Shown here: in pieces, positions 1 through 10,864 of the stretch
Layout of the letters: every line of letters starts with the position of its first letter
Position numbering within the stretch: position 1 is the first letter of the stretch
Source: Alphaproteobacteria bacterium
GTDB taxonomy: Bacteria > Pseudomonadota > Alphaproteobacteria > MPNO01 > UBA830
Assembly (NCBI GenBank): GCA_964291215.2
Contig: OZ219790.1
Location: 1,152,001-1,216,000 of the forward strand
DNA length: 64,000 bases
Direction of reading: 5' to 3'
Notes under the pieces: model-generated
What the model was told of the DNA's origin: nothing
What the model saw: only the letters and a program-made list of their open reading frames with translations
Databases searched by the model: none
Position numbers and translations under genes: made by a program

Positions 1-1118
1 AGAAACAGCGGGTCCGATTCCATCTGGCTCCTAGCCTGCTCGACCGCCGCTTCGGTAACCGCGAGCTCGATTTCGCGCCGCTCGCCGTTATGCAGATCGA
101 GGCGGGCGGCAATCGCCGATGCCTCGCTCTCGTCGGCCGCCGTCAACAGCCGCACTCCAAGCCCCGAATCGCCGACGCGACCGCCGGCATTGATGCGCGG
201 TCCGAGCACGAAGCCGAGGTGCCAGGGTTCGACCTTGCCGTCGAGCCTAGCGCTTCGTGAAAGCGATACCAGACCCGGATTCCGTCCGCGGCTCATGACC
301 GCGACTCCTTGGCGAACAAGCGCCCGGTTGATTCCGGTAAGCGGCGCCATGTCGGCAACCGTCGCCAGCGCAACCAGATCCAACCAGGCCATCAGATCCG
401 GTTCCGGGTGCCCCTCTTCGTACCACCACTGCTCGCGCAGAGCCCGATTGACGGCAACCACCAGAAGAAAAGCGACGCCGGCGGCGCACAGTTGCGGCAC
501 CGGACTAGACTCGTCCAGGCGATTCGGATTGATCACGGCCGTTGCCCGGGGCAGCCGCTCTCCGGACACGTGATGGTCCACCACGATCACGTCCAGACCG
601 GCCTCCGACACTTGGTCAAGCGCTTCAAACGCAGTAGTGCCGCAATCGACCGTGATCACCAGCGACACCCCTTCCGCCTTGAGCTTCAGCAGCGCCGCAA
701 CGTTCGGGCCATAGCCTTCGCGCAGGCGGTCGGGAACATAGACCCTGGTGGTGCGGCCGATTGCCGACAGAAAGTTGACAATAAGCGCCGCCGAGGCAGC
801 GCCATCCACATCGTAATCGGCGAACACGCCTATCTTTTCGCCGTCGACTATCGCCGCGGTCACGCGTTCGACGGCACGGTCCATATCGAGGAGATGTGAC
901 GGGTCGGGCAGAAGGTCCCTGAGCTTCGGCGACAGGAAGTCCGCGACCTCGGACGGCGCGACTCCGCGCGCGGCCAGCACCCGCGCAAGTATTTCGGGCA
1001 GGCCGTATTCCTGGACGATGGTCAGCGCCGCGCGCTCGTCGTCGAGCCGCGCACGCCACCTCCGGCCACGCACCGAACGCTCGACGTTCAGTACAGCAGG
1101 CTCGCTGGCGCCCGTCAC
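1..1118 (-). CDS. recJ: ssDNA-specific exonuclease RecJ (3' part runs off the window)
   Basis: Hand translation of the minus strand from GTG at 1118 gives ...LPDPSHLLDMDRAVERV...IGVFADYDVDG..., with later DCG and DHH motifs. Follows glpX, a conserved alphaproteobacterial order. Confidence 0.93.
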   Translation of the reverse strand, partial: MTGASEPAVLNVERSVRGRRWRARLDDERAALTIVQEYGLPEILARVLAARGVAPSEVADFLSPKLRDLLPDPSHLLDMDRAVERVTAAIVDGEKIGVFADYDVDGAASAALIVNFLSAIGRTTRVYVPDRLREGYGPNVAALLKLKAEGVSLVITVDCGTTAFEALDQVSEAGLDVIVVDHHVSGERLPRATAVINPNRLDESSPVPQLCAAGVAFLLVVAVNRALREQWWYEEGHPEPDLMAWLDLVALATVADMAPLTGINRALVRQGVAVMSRGRNPGLVSLSRSARLDGKVEPWHLGFVLGPRINAGGRVGDSGLGVRLLTAADESEASAIAARLDLHNGERREIELAVTEAAVEQARSQMESDPLF

Positions 1119-1149
1119 AGCAGGCCGCTCCCGTGATAGCCGTCCGCAG

Positions 1150-2139
1150 TCATTGGTCCAGCGGATCGAATCCGGTCTTGCGGCTGAAGTTGTGAAGCGC
1201 GGTGATGTAGCGAACCGTTCCCGACTTCGAGCGCATAACCAGCGAATGGGTTTTCGCTCCGCCGGAAAATCGGCGGACGCCGCCCAGCATCGCGCCGTCG
1301 GTCACGCCGGTTGCGGCAAACACGACATCACCGTCAGCGAGGTCGTGAAGGTCGTACTTGCGATCGAAATCCGTAATTCCGCAACGCTGCGCACGAGCCC
1401 GCTCATCGTCGTTCCGGAACACCAGGCGCCCCTGCATCTGGCCGCCGATGCATCGAAGTGCAGCAGCCGCCAAGACGCCTTCCGGGGCTCCACCCATGCC
1501 CAAATAGATGTCAATGCCGCTGGCTCCTTCGGATGTGGCGATAACCCCGGAAATGTCGCCGTCGGAAATCAGCGTGATGCGGGCACCGGCCTCGCGCACC
1601 TTCCTGATCAGCGCCTCATGGCGCGGCCGGTCGAGAATACAGGCCACGAGATCCGAGACGTTGCACCCCTTGGCGTCCGCCAGGTTCTCAAGGTTATCCG
1701 CCGGTTCCAGGTCCAGATCGACTACCTTCTCCGGCAGTCCGCCGCCGACCGCGATCTTGTCCATGTAGGTGTCGGGCGAATAGAGAAAGTTGCCGCGGTC
1801 GGCGATGGCGATCACCGACAGGGCGTTGGTCAGTCCCTTGGCGGTGATCGTGGTGCCCTCAAGGGGGTCGAGAGCAATATCGACCTTGGGACCGCTGCCA
1901 GTTCCCACCTCCTCGCCGATATAGAGCATCGGCGCTTCGTCGCGCTCGCCCTCGCCAATGACCACGGTTCCCGCGATATCGAGGCTGTCGAGCGCGGCGC
2001 GCATGGCATCGACAGCCACCTGGTCGGCCGCGCGTTCGTCACCACGTCCCATAAGGCGCGACGCGGCAAGCGCCGCTGCCTCGGTCACGCGCACCACTTC
2101 CAGCGCGAGGTTCCGGTCCATCTTTTCGGTGTTGGACAT
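1150..2139 (-). CDS. glpX: Class II fructose-1,6-bisphosphatase
   Basis: Motifs VVIGEGERDEAPMLYIGE, DIALDPLEGT, YMDKIAVG, GGAPEGVLAAAA. Confidence 0.96.
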   Translation of the reverse strand: MSNTEKMDRNLALEVVRVTEAAALAASRLMGRGDERAADQVAVDAMRAALDSLDIAGTVVIGEGERDEAPMLYIGEEVGTGSGPKVDIALDPLEGTTITAKGLTNALSVIAIADRGNFLYSPDTYMDKIAVGGGLPEKVVDLDLEPADNLENLADAKGCNVSDLVACILDRPRHEALIRKVREAGARITLISDGDISGVIATSEGASGIDIYLGMGGAPEGVLAAAALRCIGGQMQGRLVFRNDDERARAQRCGITDFDRKYDLHDLADGDVVFAATGVTDGAMLGGVRRFSGGAKTHSLVMRSKSGTVRYITALHNFSRKTGFDPLDQ

Positions 2140-2182
2140 GCAGCACAGCCTCCCGTCACACGTTCCATGACGGAACCGACCG

Positions 2183-3475
2183 TCACGAGCTCTCCATTCT
2201 AAGCATGCAAGGCCGCTTTACCACCATATCGATGGCTGCGATGCGCGCGAGCGCGCGTTGCAACGCGTCTTCGCGGGTCTCGTGCAGGGTCAAGACGACA
2301 GGCACCGCATCCTCCGGCGCACGCGCCCTCTGGATCAGCGACTCGACGGACACCTGCTCGTCGCGCAGCGCCGCCGAAATGTCGGCAATAACCCCCGGAC
2401 GATCGACAACCGTGAGGCGCACATAGTAAGGCCCCGTGCGCCGATCGATCGGCACGGTCCTCGCCGGCCGAAGTCGCGACACCGGCACGGTAAAGAGCGG
2501 CAGCCTCGCGCCGCGAACGATGTCGATGACATCGGCGACGACCGCTGACGCGGTCGGTCCGGCGCCAGCGCCCCGGCCCTCCAGCATGCCGATGCCTGCT
2601 GCGTCACCCTCGGCGACGACGGCGTTGAGCACGCCTTCGACATGAGCCAGCGGCGCGTCTGCCGGCACCATGCAGGGATGCACCCGCTGTTCGATCCCGT
2701 CGCCGGTGTCGCTTGCAATCCCGAGAAGCTTGATGCGGTAGCCGAGCTCGTCAGCATAGCCAATGTCCTCGGCGGTAACCTGACGAATGCCCTCGACGTG
2801 AATTCCGGAAAAATCGATCTCACACCCGAACGCAATGGCAGCGATTACCGCAAGTTTATGCGCCGTATCTATGCCGTCGATATCGAAACCCGGGTCGGCC
2901 TCCGCATATCCGAGTCGTTGCGCTTCAGCCAGCACTTCGTCGAAACCCCGGCCGGTCTGGCGCATGGTGCTGAGAATGAAATTGCAGGTCCCGTTGAGAA
3001 TGCCGTAGACGCGCGAGATCCGGTTGCCAGCGAACCCCTCGCGCAAGGCCTTTACCACGGGCACTCCGCCAGCCACCGCAGCCTCGCACGCGATCACCAC
3101 GCCCGTCTCCTCGGCCGCCAGGGCCAGTTCCCTGCCATGGTGGGCCAAGAGCGCCTTGTTGGCGGTCACGACATGACGGCCAGCTGCCGTCGCGCGCTCG
3201 CACACGGCACGAGCGATCCCATCCTCTCCGCCAATAAGTTCGAGTACGATTTCGACATCGGCTTCGGACGCCATCGCGGCCGCATCGTCGTACCAGACAC
3301 ATCCGGAAAGATCCACGCCGCGGTTCCGGTTCCGGTCCCGCGCTGACACCGCGACCACGTCGACCGGACGCCCGCACCGCGCCGCGACGAGTTCGCGGCT
3401 CGACTGCAATATACCGACCGCTGCGGCGCCGACCGTACCGAGGCCAGCGACGGCAACTCGTACCGCCGCGGTCAA
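2183..3475 (-). CDS. hom: Homoserine dehydrogenase with C-terminal ACT domain
   Basis: GLGTVG, VVTANK, GILNGTCNFIL, GYAEADP, GAGAGPTASAV; ACT motif DRPGVIA. Confidence 0.96.
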   Translation of the reverse strand: MTAAVRVAVAGLGTVGAAAVGILQSSRELVAARCGRPVDVVAVSARDRNRNRGVDLSGCVWYDDAAAMASEADVEIVLELIGGEDGIARAVCERATAAGRHVVTANKALLAHHGRELALAAEETGVVIACEAAVAGGVPVVKALREGFAGNRISRVYGILNGTCNFILSTMRQTGRGFDEVLAEAQRLGYAEADPGFDIDGIDTAHKLAVIAAIAFGCEIDFSGIHVEGIRQVTAEDIGYADELGYRIKLLGIASDTGDGIEQRVHPCMVPADAPLAHVEGVLNAVVAEGDAAGIGMLEGRGAGAGPTASAVVADVIDIVRGARLPLFTVPVSRLRPARTVPIDRRTGPYYVRLTVVDRPGVIADISAALRDEQVSVESLIQRARAPEDAVPVVLTLHETREDALQRALARIAAIDMVVKRPCMLRMESS

Positions 3476-4689
3476 GAAGCCACTGCGCGGCGCGGCGCAG
3501 GATCTGCGGCAACCCGCACATCGGACAGGAAACGGCGCAGGTTGCGGGCCGCCTGTCGGATACGCTGCCGGTTTTCCACCAGTGCGATGCGCACGAACCC
3601 GTCGCCGTATTCGCCAAAGCCAAGACCCGGAGATACCGCGATATCAGCCTCGGACAGGAGCAACTTCGAGAATTCGAGCGAACCGAGCCCGGCGAACTGT
3701 TCGGGTATCGGCGCCCATGTGAACATCGTCGCCGACGGCGATGGCACGTCCCATCCGGCCTGGCCGAAACTCTCCACCAGCACGTCCCGGCGCCGGCGAT
3801 AGGTGTCCCGCATCTCGTCGACACAGTCCTGCGCCCCGTTGAGCGCGGCTGCGGCGGCCACCTGTATCGGCGTAAAAGCGCCATAGTCGAGATAGGACTT
3901 GATCCGCGTCAGCGCGGCGATGACGCGGGGGTTGCCGGCGACGAAACCGATGCGCCAGCCGGGCATCGAATAGGTCTTGCTCATCGAGGTGAACTCGACC
4001 GCAACCTCTTTCGCGCCGGGGACCTGGAGAATAGACGGTGGCGGATCTTCGAAAAAGACCTCCGAATAGGCGAGGTCGGAGAGCACGTAAATTCCCTCGT
4101 CGCGGCAGAAACGGACGACCTCTTCGTAGAACGCGAGATCGACGACCTGCGCCGTCGGATTGGCCGGGTAGTTGAGAACGAGCGCCAGTGGCGGTGGCAG
4201 GCTGAACCTTACCGCATGCTCGAAGCGCTGCATGAAGTCGTCTGCCGGTCCCACCGGCAGATGGCGGATCAGGGCGCCGGCGAGAAGGAACCCGAAGGCA
4301 TGAATGGGATAGGTGGGATTGGGCACGATGACCGAATCGCCCGGTGCGCAGATGGCCTGGGCCAGGCTGGCGAATCCCTCCTTTGAGCCCAGCGTGACTA
4401 TGATTTCGGTTTCGGGATCGACATCTACGCCGAAGCGGCGGGCATAATAGGCCGCATGCGCCCGGCGCAGCCCCGGAATGCCGCGCGACGCCGAATATCT
4501 GTGGGTGCGCGGATTCTGCGACGCTTCCGCCAGTTTCTCGACTATATGCGGCGGCGTAGGCAGATCGGGATTGCCCATCCCGAAGTCGATCACGTCCCTC
4601 CCGGCAGACCGCGCCCGCGCCTTCATTTCATTTACCTCGGCAAACACATAAGGCGGCAGAAGCCTTATGCGGTGGAAATCATGTTCCAT
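3472..4689 (-). CDS. alaC: PLP-dependent class I/II aminotransferase (AlaC / LL-DAP aminotransferase-like)
   Basis: LPPYVFAEVN, DFGMGNPD, SMSKTYSMPGWRIGF, KSYLDYG. Probable start MEHDFHRI at 4689. Confidence 0.85.
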   Translation of the reverse strand: MEHDFHRIRLLPPYVFAEVNEMKARARSAGRDVIDFGMGNPDLPTPPHIVEKLAEASQNPRTHRYSASRGIPGLRRAHAAYYARRFGVDVDPETEIIVTLGSKEGFASLAQAICAPGDSVIVPNPTYPIHAFGFLLAGALIRHLPVGPADDFMQRFEHAVRFSLPPPLALVLNYPANPTAQVVDLAFYEEVVRFCRDEGIYVLSDLAYSEVFFEDPPPSILQVPGAKEVAVEFTSMSKTYSMPGWRIGFVAGNPRVIAALTRIKSYLDYGAFTPIQVAAAAALNGAQDCVDEMRDTYRRRRDVLVESFGQAGWDVPSPSATMFTWAPIPEQFAGLGSLEFSKLLLSEADIAVSPGLGFGEYGDGFVRIALVENRQRIRQAARNLRRFLSDVRVAADPAPRRAVAS

Positions 4690-4738
4690 CGCGACATTCC
4701 CGACATTCCCGCCGGAATCCGGCGGCCAAGTTTCCGGT

Positions 4739-5650
4739 CTAGTTGGACAAGTATACTTCAACCCGTTCGGTTTCGGCAGCGCCGGAAGATGCCGGCAACC
4801 CCGGAAGCGGCGTGCCGGGCGCCACGACTCCGATCACAATCCTCGGCTGCGGCACACCCCGCCACAGCAACCGCCCGGCAACGGCATTGGCCCGTTGTAC
4901 CGACAGCTCAAGCTCCGCCACACGCATATCCGGCCGTTCAGGTGGCCCCGCACGCCCGTGCGCCTCGATGCGGACCCTCCCGCCGTGCCGCCGCCAAGCC
5001 TCTGCAACCGCGTCGATGAGATCGAGGGCGCCTGCGTCGAGGTCGGCCGATCCGGAGGCAAACCGCACCTCAGCGCCCCGATTGCCCAGCAGCACATCTC
5101 CTGCCGAAAGCGGAGGCTGCAACGCCGGAACGAGCAGCAGGCCTCCAGGAACCACACCTCCCTCGGCGGCGCGGATCGAGGCGGCGATCGGGGGTGGCGG
5201 GGAGCCGACGCGCACGGGCGCCATCCGGCGTCCGGGATCCGTTCCGGCTCTGTCGGCCTCCCCGCCCGATGGTGTGCGACCGCCGATCTCGGCCGAGATC
5301 CGGGCTGCGCCGGCGCGGTCGGCCGCCAGTTCAGCGTAGACCCTGTCCCGCTCGGCACCGTCCCGCACCGGCGAACGGGCGGGAACAACTGCCAACCGCG
5401 GAAAGGGCCTGCCATCTCCTCCCCGCCCGGCATCCACCGATCCCGGAGGGCCAGCCCCGGCGCTGACGCGGTCGGATCGGACAGCCGACTCGACCGGCTG
5501 TCCAGGGCCGCCCTGGGCACAGGCCGACACCCACAGGACAGCGAACGCAGCCAGCGTCACGGGGCGGATCGGGAATGGAAGCGGCAAGTCCTTCCCGTTG
5601 TCGCCAGCGCAGGTAATGATGAGAGGACGTGACATGGAAACAGTTGCCAT
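4739..5650 (-). CDS. OmpA-family (lipo)protein; start uncertain
   Basis: C-terminal VRFASGSADL...LSVQRANAVA...RVEVYL; possible lipobox VSAC. Confidence 0.7.
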   Translation of the reverse strand: MATVSMSRPLIITCAGDNGKDLPLPFPIRPVTLAAFAVLWVSACAQGGPGQPVESAVRSDRVSAGAGPPGSVDAGRGGDGRPFPRLAVVPARSPVRDGAERDRVYAELAADRAGAARISAEIGGRTPSGGEADRAGTDPGRRMAPVRVGSPPPPIAASIRAAEGGVVPGGLLLVPALQPPLSAGDVLLGNRGAEVRFASGSADLDAGALDLIDAVAEAWRRHGGRVRIEAHGRAGPPERPDMRVAELELSVQRANAVAGRLLWRGVPQPRIVIGVVAPGTPLPGLPASSGAAETERVEVYLSN

Positions 5651-5835
5651 GCGACCGAAGGCGTAAGGTGCACCGTACCGTGCTGTCTGGAGACTATATC
5701 CCGTCGCCCAAAAAGCAAGCCGCCGGGCACTGCAGAGCTGGGCAGGAAATTTGCGCTGCTGGGAGCATGCCGACTATGCTGCCGGCAACGCGGCAGCATG
5801 CGACCGCCGAGCAGTCCGAGAGAGGTTCCACAGCC

Positions 5836-6525
5836 ATGAAACTTGCCGTTTCGGACTGGATACGGCCGACCATCGCGATCGCGGGAACCAAAACGGTGTT
5901 TCCGGTGCGCAGGATCTACGCCATCGGCCGCAACTACGCCGATCATGCTGCCGAGACCGGTCTCGGCGCACAGGACGGGCCAGTGCCGGGGATTTCGCTC
6001 AAGCCCGCCGACTCGGTTGTCGCCGACGGCAACGACCTGCCCTACCCGCCGGCGACCGCTGAACTCGACCACGAGATCGAGATGGTCATCGCCATCGGCA
6101 AGGGCGGCGCCTCGATTGCGACAGAACGGGGAACCGAGCACATCTTCGGCTACGCGGTCGGTTTCGACCTTATCCGCCGCGACCTGATGCGCGAATGCAT
6201 CGCCCGCGAGCACTCGTGGGATCTGTGCAAGAGTTTCGACGGCGCGTCGCCGGTTGGCGCAATCCGCCCGGCTTCCGAAATCGGTCATCCGGTCTCCGGG
6301 ACCATTGCCCTGAGCGTCAACGGCGCCCCGCGCCAACGAGGCGACATCTCGCAGATGATCTGGAAGCCGGCCGAGATTGTCTCCCGCCTGTCCCGCTACA
6401 GCCGGCTGGAGCCCGGCGACATCGTCTTTACCGGCACGCCCAGGGGCCCGGCGCCGGTTGTCGCCGGCGACCTGATCGAGGGTCACATAAAGGGCGTGGG
6501 ACAGCTGACGATACGCATCGTCTGA
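5836..6525 (+). CDS. Fumarylacetoacetate hydrolase family protein
   Basis: RRIYAIGRNYADHA, HEIEMVIAIG, KSFD, GDIVFTGTP. Confidence 0.92.
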   Translation: MKLAVSDWIRPTIAIAGTKTVFPVRRIYAIGRNYADHAAETGLGAQDGPVPGISLKPADSVVADGNDLPYPPATAELDHEIEMVIAIGKGGASIATERGTEHIFGYAVGFDLIRRDLMRECIAREHSWDLCKSFDGASPVGAIRPASEIGHPVSGTIALSVNGAPRQRGDISQMIWKPAEIVSRLSRYSRLEPGDIVFTGTPRGPAPVVAGDLIEGHIKGVGQLTIRIV

Positions 6526-6592
6526 TGCCCGGTGCGCGATGCTCGCCAGCGAAACAGCCGCGCCAAGCAAGTCTTCATGGAAGGAAAGCACG

Positions 6593-7387
6593 ATGAACAC
6601 CTATAGCGACTTGGCCGTGGAAAGGCTGTTCCGCATGGATGGAGAGGTCGCCCTCGTCACCGGCGCCGGCAGCGGCTTCGGCAGAATCGCAGCCCTGACC
6701 TTCGCCAATGCCGGCGCCTCGGTCGCCGTGACCGACATCGACATGACGACGGCCGAAGCAGTGACCAGGGAGATCACCGAGGGCGGCGGCCACGCTGTCG
6801 CACTGCACCTCGACGTGTCGGACCGAAACGCAGTCGGTGAGCTCATCGACAGCGCCGCACAGATCCTCGGCGGGCTGCATGTGCTCGTGAACAATGCCGG
6901 CATTGCCCGCCGCGGACCGTCGGAGGACCTGTCTGACGAGGACTGGAATGCCATCGTCGAAGTCAACCTGAGCGCCGTCTTCGCCGGGTGCCGCGCGGCC
7001 GCGCCGCACATGTTCGCGCACGGCGACGGCCGCATCATCAACATATCCTCGATCATGGGCCTGGTCGGCAACAGGATGTTCCCGCACACCGGCTACCAGG
7101 CGACCAAGGGAGCCCTCGTCAACCTGACGCGGTCGCTCGCCGTGGAATGGGCGGGCCGGGGCATACGGGTCAATGCTCTCGCACCGTCGTTTTTCAGGAC
7201 CAATTTTGGTGCCGGTCTCATGCAGTCGAGTCCCGAGTTCGTGCAGAAAATCGAAGAAGCAACGCCGCTTGGACGCTTCGGAGAGCCATGGGAACTTGCC
7301 GGCGGCCTGCTTTTCCTGGCCAGCCGCGCCTCGTCGATGGTGACCGGCGTCACGCTTCCGATCGACGGCGGCTGGACTGCAGCATAG
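6593..7387 (+). CDS. Short-chain dehydrogenase/reductase
   Basis: TGAGSGFG, NNAG, YQATK; RBS AAGGAAAG upstream. Confidence 0.92.
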   Translation: MNTYSDLAVERLFRMDGEVALVTGAGSGFGRIAALTFANAGASVAVTDIDMTTAEAVTREITEGGGHAVALHLDVSDRNAVGELIDSAAQILGGLHVLVNNAGIARRGPSEDLSDEDWNAIVEVNLSAVFAGCRAAAPHMFAHGDGRIINISSIMGLVGNRMFPHTGYQATKGALVNLTRSLAVEWAGRGIRVNALAPSFFRTNFGAGLMQSSPEFVQKIEEATPLGRFGEPWELAGGLLFLASRASSMVTGVTLPIDGGWTAA

Positions 7388-7403
7388 GCTTTCGGTGCCT
7401 CTT

Positions 7404-8757
7404 TCAGGCGCGGCCCGCCGGCCCACCGAGAATCGCGAGGAGTTTCCGCGCGTCCTCGAGGGTTTCAAGTTCGGCAACCATTGCCGCGACCTCATCGATC
7501 CGGTCGCTCGCCAGCATGTCGGCGGCACAGGCCCGGAACTTGTCCGCAACCTGCGCGTGGGACAACGGGTTCTCCGACGTTCCCAGCGGGTGATCACAGC
7601 GGCCGTTGAATGCGTCGCCGTTCCGCATCGTGATCTCGACCGTAGCCTCGCCGGGCGCCAAGCCGGGTTCGGGCCGCACCTCGACCTGTTCTGCCGCGAA
7701 TGCGCGAAGCACCGGATCGTCGTAGCAGGCGGCTCGAACTGATCGAGGGTCAGGGTCCCGGCCCGCAGGAAAACGGCAGCGACGTAGTGGGCCGACAGCA
7801 GGGCTTCGAACCTGCCCTCGTAGGTCCCGAAACCGCCGTGCATGTCAAACGGAGTCTGGCTCAGCGCGACCTCGACCCTGGCGATGTCATCGAACGCGAT
7901 GCCGTCGCGGGCGATAAGCACAGACAGCGCGGTGAGGACCTCCTGAAGCGCAGTCGCCGCAGGCCAGAGCCGCAGTGAAATCTGCTGCAGCTCCCAGCGT
8001 CGGCCGAGATCCCTTGTCGCCAGCTCCGGAGTCCCGCCCCCGGCCCAGGTCGCGTAGAGGCCGCCGTCCGGCGCCGTCAGGAACTCCCGTGTGGCAATGA
8101 AATCCCGCTCGGCGAGCAGCGCCGCCATCAGCCCGGACAGCGCGGCACGGCACTGGTGCCACTTGACGGTCGGCGTTCCCCAGGCCGCAAAGGTGCCGGC
8201 CGACTGGCTGCCGGCCAGCCCGAACGCGCGCGCCATGCAGTCGCCATCGAAACCTCGGAGCCGACCGACCGCGGCCGCGGCACCGAAGGGCCCGATGACA
8301 CCGGGACCGTGCCAGCCGCGCTTGCGAAACGCCGCATGGTCGAGTCCAAGCCCGATTCGCGCCGTGACCTCCAGTCCAGCGATGAGCGCCGCCAGCAGTT
8401 CGCCGCCCGCAACGCGGTCGCGTTCCGCAATCGCCAGCGCCGGAGGCACCACCTCGGGGGTGATGTGCGTGAGCGTAGACCTGTGGACATCGTGACAGCG
8501 GTGATCAGGTAGCCGTTGAGAAGCGTAGCGCCGGCAAGAGAGAGGCCGCCGCCGCCGACGACAGTACTCTCGCCGGACTGCGCGAGGGTCGATGCCATCC
8601 CGGTTACCTGCGTCGTCTCCTCGCCGCGATGACCGGCGAGCGCGCAGGCCAGCGCGTCGAGCAGGAGGGTCTTCGCCGATTCGCGCACCGCCTGCGGCAC
8701 ATCCTCGACGCACAGACCCGAAGCGAATTCCGCCAGCGCCGCCGTCGCGTCCGTCAT
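7404..8757 (-). pseudogene. MmgE/PrpD family protein, two frameshifts
   Basis: Three ORF pieces in different frames: MTDATAALAEF...LNGYLITAVTM / DVHRSTLTHITPEVVPPAL...RGWHGPG...QSAG / ...HPLGTSENPLS. Breaks near 8490 and 7730. Confidence 0.85.
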
Positions 8758-8832
8758 CCCGGCCTCCCTTCTGCTGGACGGAGGCCATCGAAACGATATT
8801 CTTCCGAAAAATCAACGTCGGAGATCATCGCG

Positions 8833-10296
8833 ATGCTCACCGGAGCAGAATACCTCGACAGCCTGCGTGACGGCAGGTGCATCTATCTCGGCAGGGAGCG
8901 GGTTGATGACGTCACAACCCATGCCGCTTTCCGCAATGCGGCCGCATCATTCGCGAAGATCTACGATCTCAAGCGGGCAACGGAAAACCGTGATCCGATG
9001 GTCTCGGAAGAGGGCGGGGAGGAGTTTTCTACCTATTTTCTGATGCCGCGGTCGCGCCGGGATCTCGAGCGGCGTTTCGAAACCCATCGCAGGATCGCAT
9101 CATGGAGCTACGGGTTGCTCGGCCGTTCGCCGGATAATTTCCCGAGCTATCTGAGCGGCCTCGCCACCCATCCACAACTCTTTAACGATCTCCGTGAGGG
9201 ATCCGGCGACAACCTGTCCGGGTATTATCGGCGCGCCAGGCGCAATGACCTGTTCATCACCCACACCGTCACCAATCCGCAGACGACACGCCGGCCAGGC
9301 CGCCCCGGGCCGGCCGGCGGCGCCTCTCCGACCCTCAGGGTGGTGGACGAGGACGATGCCGGCGTCACGATAAACGGCCTCAAGATGATCGGCACCTCGG
9401 CTGTCTTCTGCCACGACGCGTGGGTCGGCAACCTCCAGCCAGTTCCCGACGGCCACGAGGACGAGACCATCACCTGCGCGGTGCCACTCAGCGCGCCGGG
9501 AGTCTCCATCTGGTCGCGCAAGCCCTACGAGCGGTTTGCCGGAAGTGAGTTCGACATGCCGCTGACATGGCGCTACGATGAAACCGACGCCGCCGTGTTG
9601 TTCGAAAACGTCCGGGTTCCGTGGGAGAGTATTTTTCTCCACGACAATGTCGAGATGACCCGGGAGATTTACATGCGGACGCCCGGCCACTCGCTTGCCA
9701 ATCATCAGGCCAATATCCGCTTCCTCGAGAAGCTGAAGCTGCTGACGGGGGTCGCCCACGCGGTATGCCGTGCCAACAACACGCTGCATATCCCGGCGGT
9801 GCAGGACGTTCTCGGGCAACTCGCCGCCCGGCTCGGCCTTCTCGAGGGGCTGGTGATGGGGCAGCTGCATGGTTGCGAGAAAATGGTGCCTGGCTCCGGA
9901 TATGTCACCGTGAACCGCCGCTACATGTACGCAGCCCTCCACTGGTGCACGAACCACCATTCGGAAATCTGCGACACGGTACGCGAGCTCCTTGGCGGCG
10001 GCCCGATGCAGATGCCAGCCGATTCGTCGATACTCGCCGATCCGGAGCTCTGCCAGAAATTCGAAAGGTACTGGTCAACGCCGGAACAATCGGCCAAGGA
10101 CCGCATGAAACTGCTCAGACTCGCTTGGGACCTGTTGAATTCGGAATTTGCGGGCCGCAACACGCAATACGAGAAATTCTACGCCGGCCCCGGCTTCGTG
10201 ATGGATTCCTACAGCTTCGCAAGCTGCCCGTGGCCGGAGCTCGAGGCGGCCGTGACCGAGCTGATGGCCGGCTACGACGCCGAAACGGTGGTCTGA
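8833..10296 (+). CDS. HpaB-family flavin-dependent monooxygenase, oxygenase component
   Basis: MLTGAEYLDSLRDGR..Y, GRSPD, RYDETDA, YEKFYAG. Confidence 0.9.
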   Translation: MLTGAEYLDSLRDGRCIYLGRERVDDVTTHAAFRNAAASFAKIYDLKRATENRDPMVSEEGGEEFSTYFLMPRSRRDLERRFETHRRIASWSYGLLGRSPDNFPSYLSGLATHPQLFNDLREGSGDNLSGYYRRARRNDLFITHTVTNPQTTRRPGRPGPAGGASPTLRVVDEDDAGVTINGLKMIGTSAVFCHDAWVGNLQPVPDGHEDETITCAVPLSAPGVSIWSRKPYERFAGSEFDMPLTWRYDETDAAVLFENVRVPWESIFLHDNVEMTREIYMRTPGHSLANHQANIRFLEKLKLLTGVAHAVCRANNTLHIPAVQDVLGQLAARLGLLEGLVMGQLHGCEKMVPGSGYVTVNRRYMYAALHWCTNHHSEICDTVRELLGGGPMQMPADSSILADPELCQKFERYWSTPEQSAKDRMKLLRLAWDLLNSEFAGRNTQYEKFYAGPGFVMDSYSFASCPWPELEAAVTELMAGYDAETVV

Positions 10297-10864
10297 AACG
10301 CCGCCCGCAGTCGCACAGCGGCTCCGAAGACGACAGCCTTCAGCAACCGCCAAGGCCGCGCACGCGCCGGACGCCGCGGTCATTGCGGACGCTTCTCCAC
10401 CTGGCGGGAGGCCGGCTATCGCAAGGTGATCCCATGCTTTTTGATGTGATGTGATCGGAGTCCTGATCGCGGCGCGGGTCGACGCGTTCGAGGCTGCGAT
10501 TTTGAGATTTGCTGACGCGCTGTTGCGGCGCGGGGCGCGATTGGTCGGCGTATCCGGGGCGAGCAAGAGGCCTTGGTTGCCGGGCTCGAAAGCTTGCGGT
10601 TTCTGTCGGGGCGAGAGGCGCGGTCAGCCTGGTCTTGTGATTGCGTGCAGGACCTGCTTGCGCTTGTCCGCATGGTGGGAAGCTGTTGAAGGGTTTGTGC
10701 AGCTTGTTGCGGATGATGATTGCGAGGGTGATCGCGTTGTTTGCGGGCGCGTTCGGAGCATGGAGTCGTCTTCGCGGAAGGTGGGTATGCGGTGATGGCT
10801 CTCGACTACCCGGTGTCCGCGATTCCATGCGAGCAGCTGTTGCGGCGAGGCGCGCTCGACCGAG

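Noticed and set aside
6575-8815. 746-aa ORF as a real gene
   Set aside because: Only its middle matches MmgE/PrpD; the rest is off-frame or antisense to the SDR.
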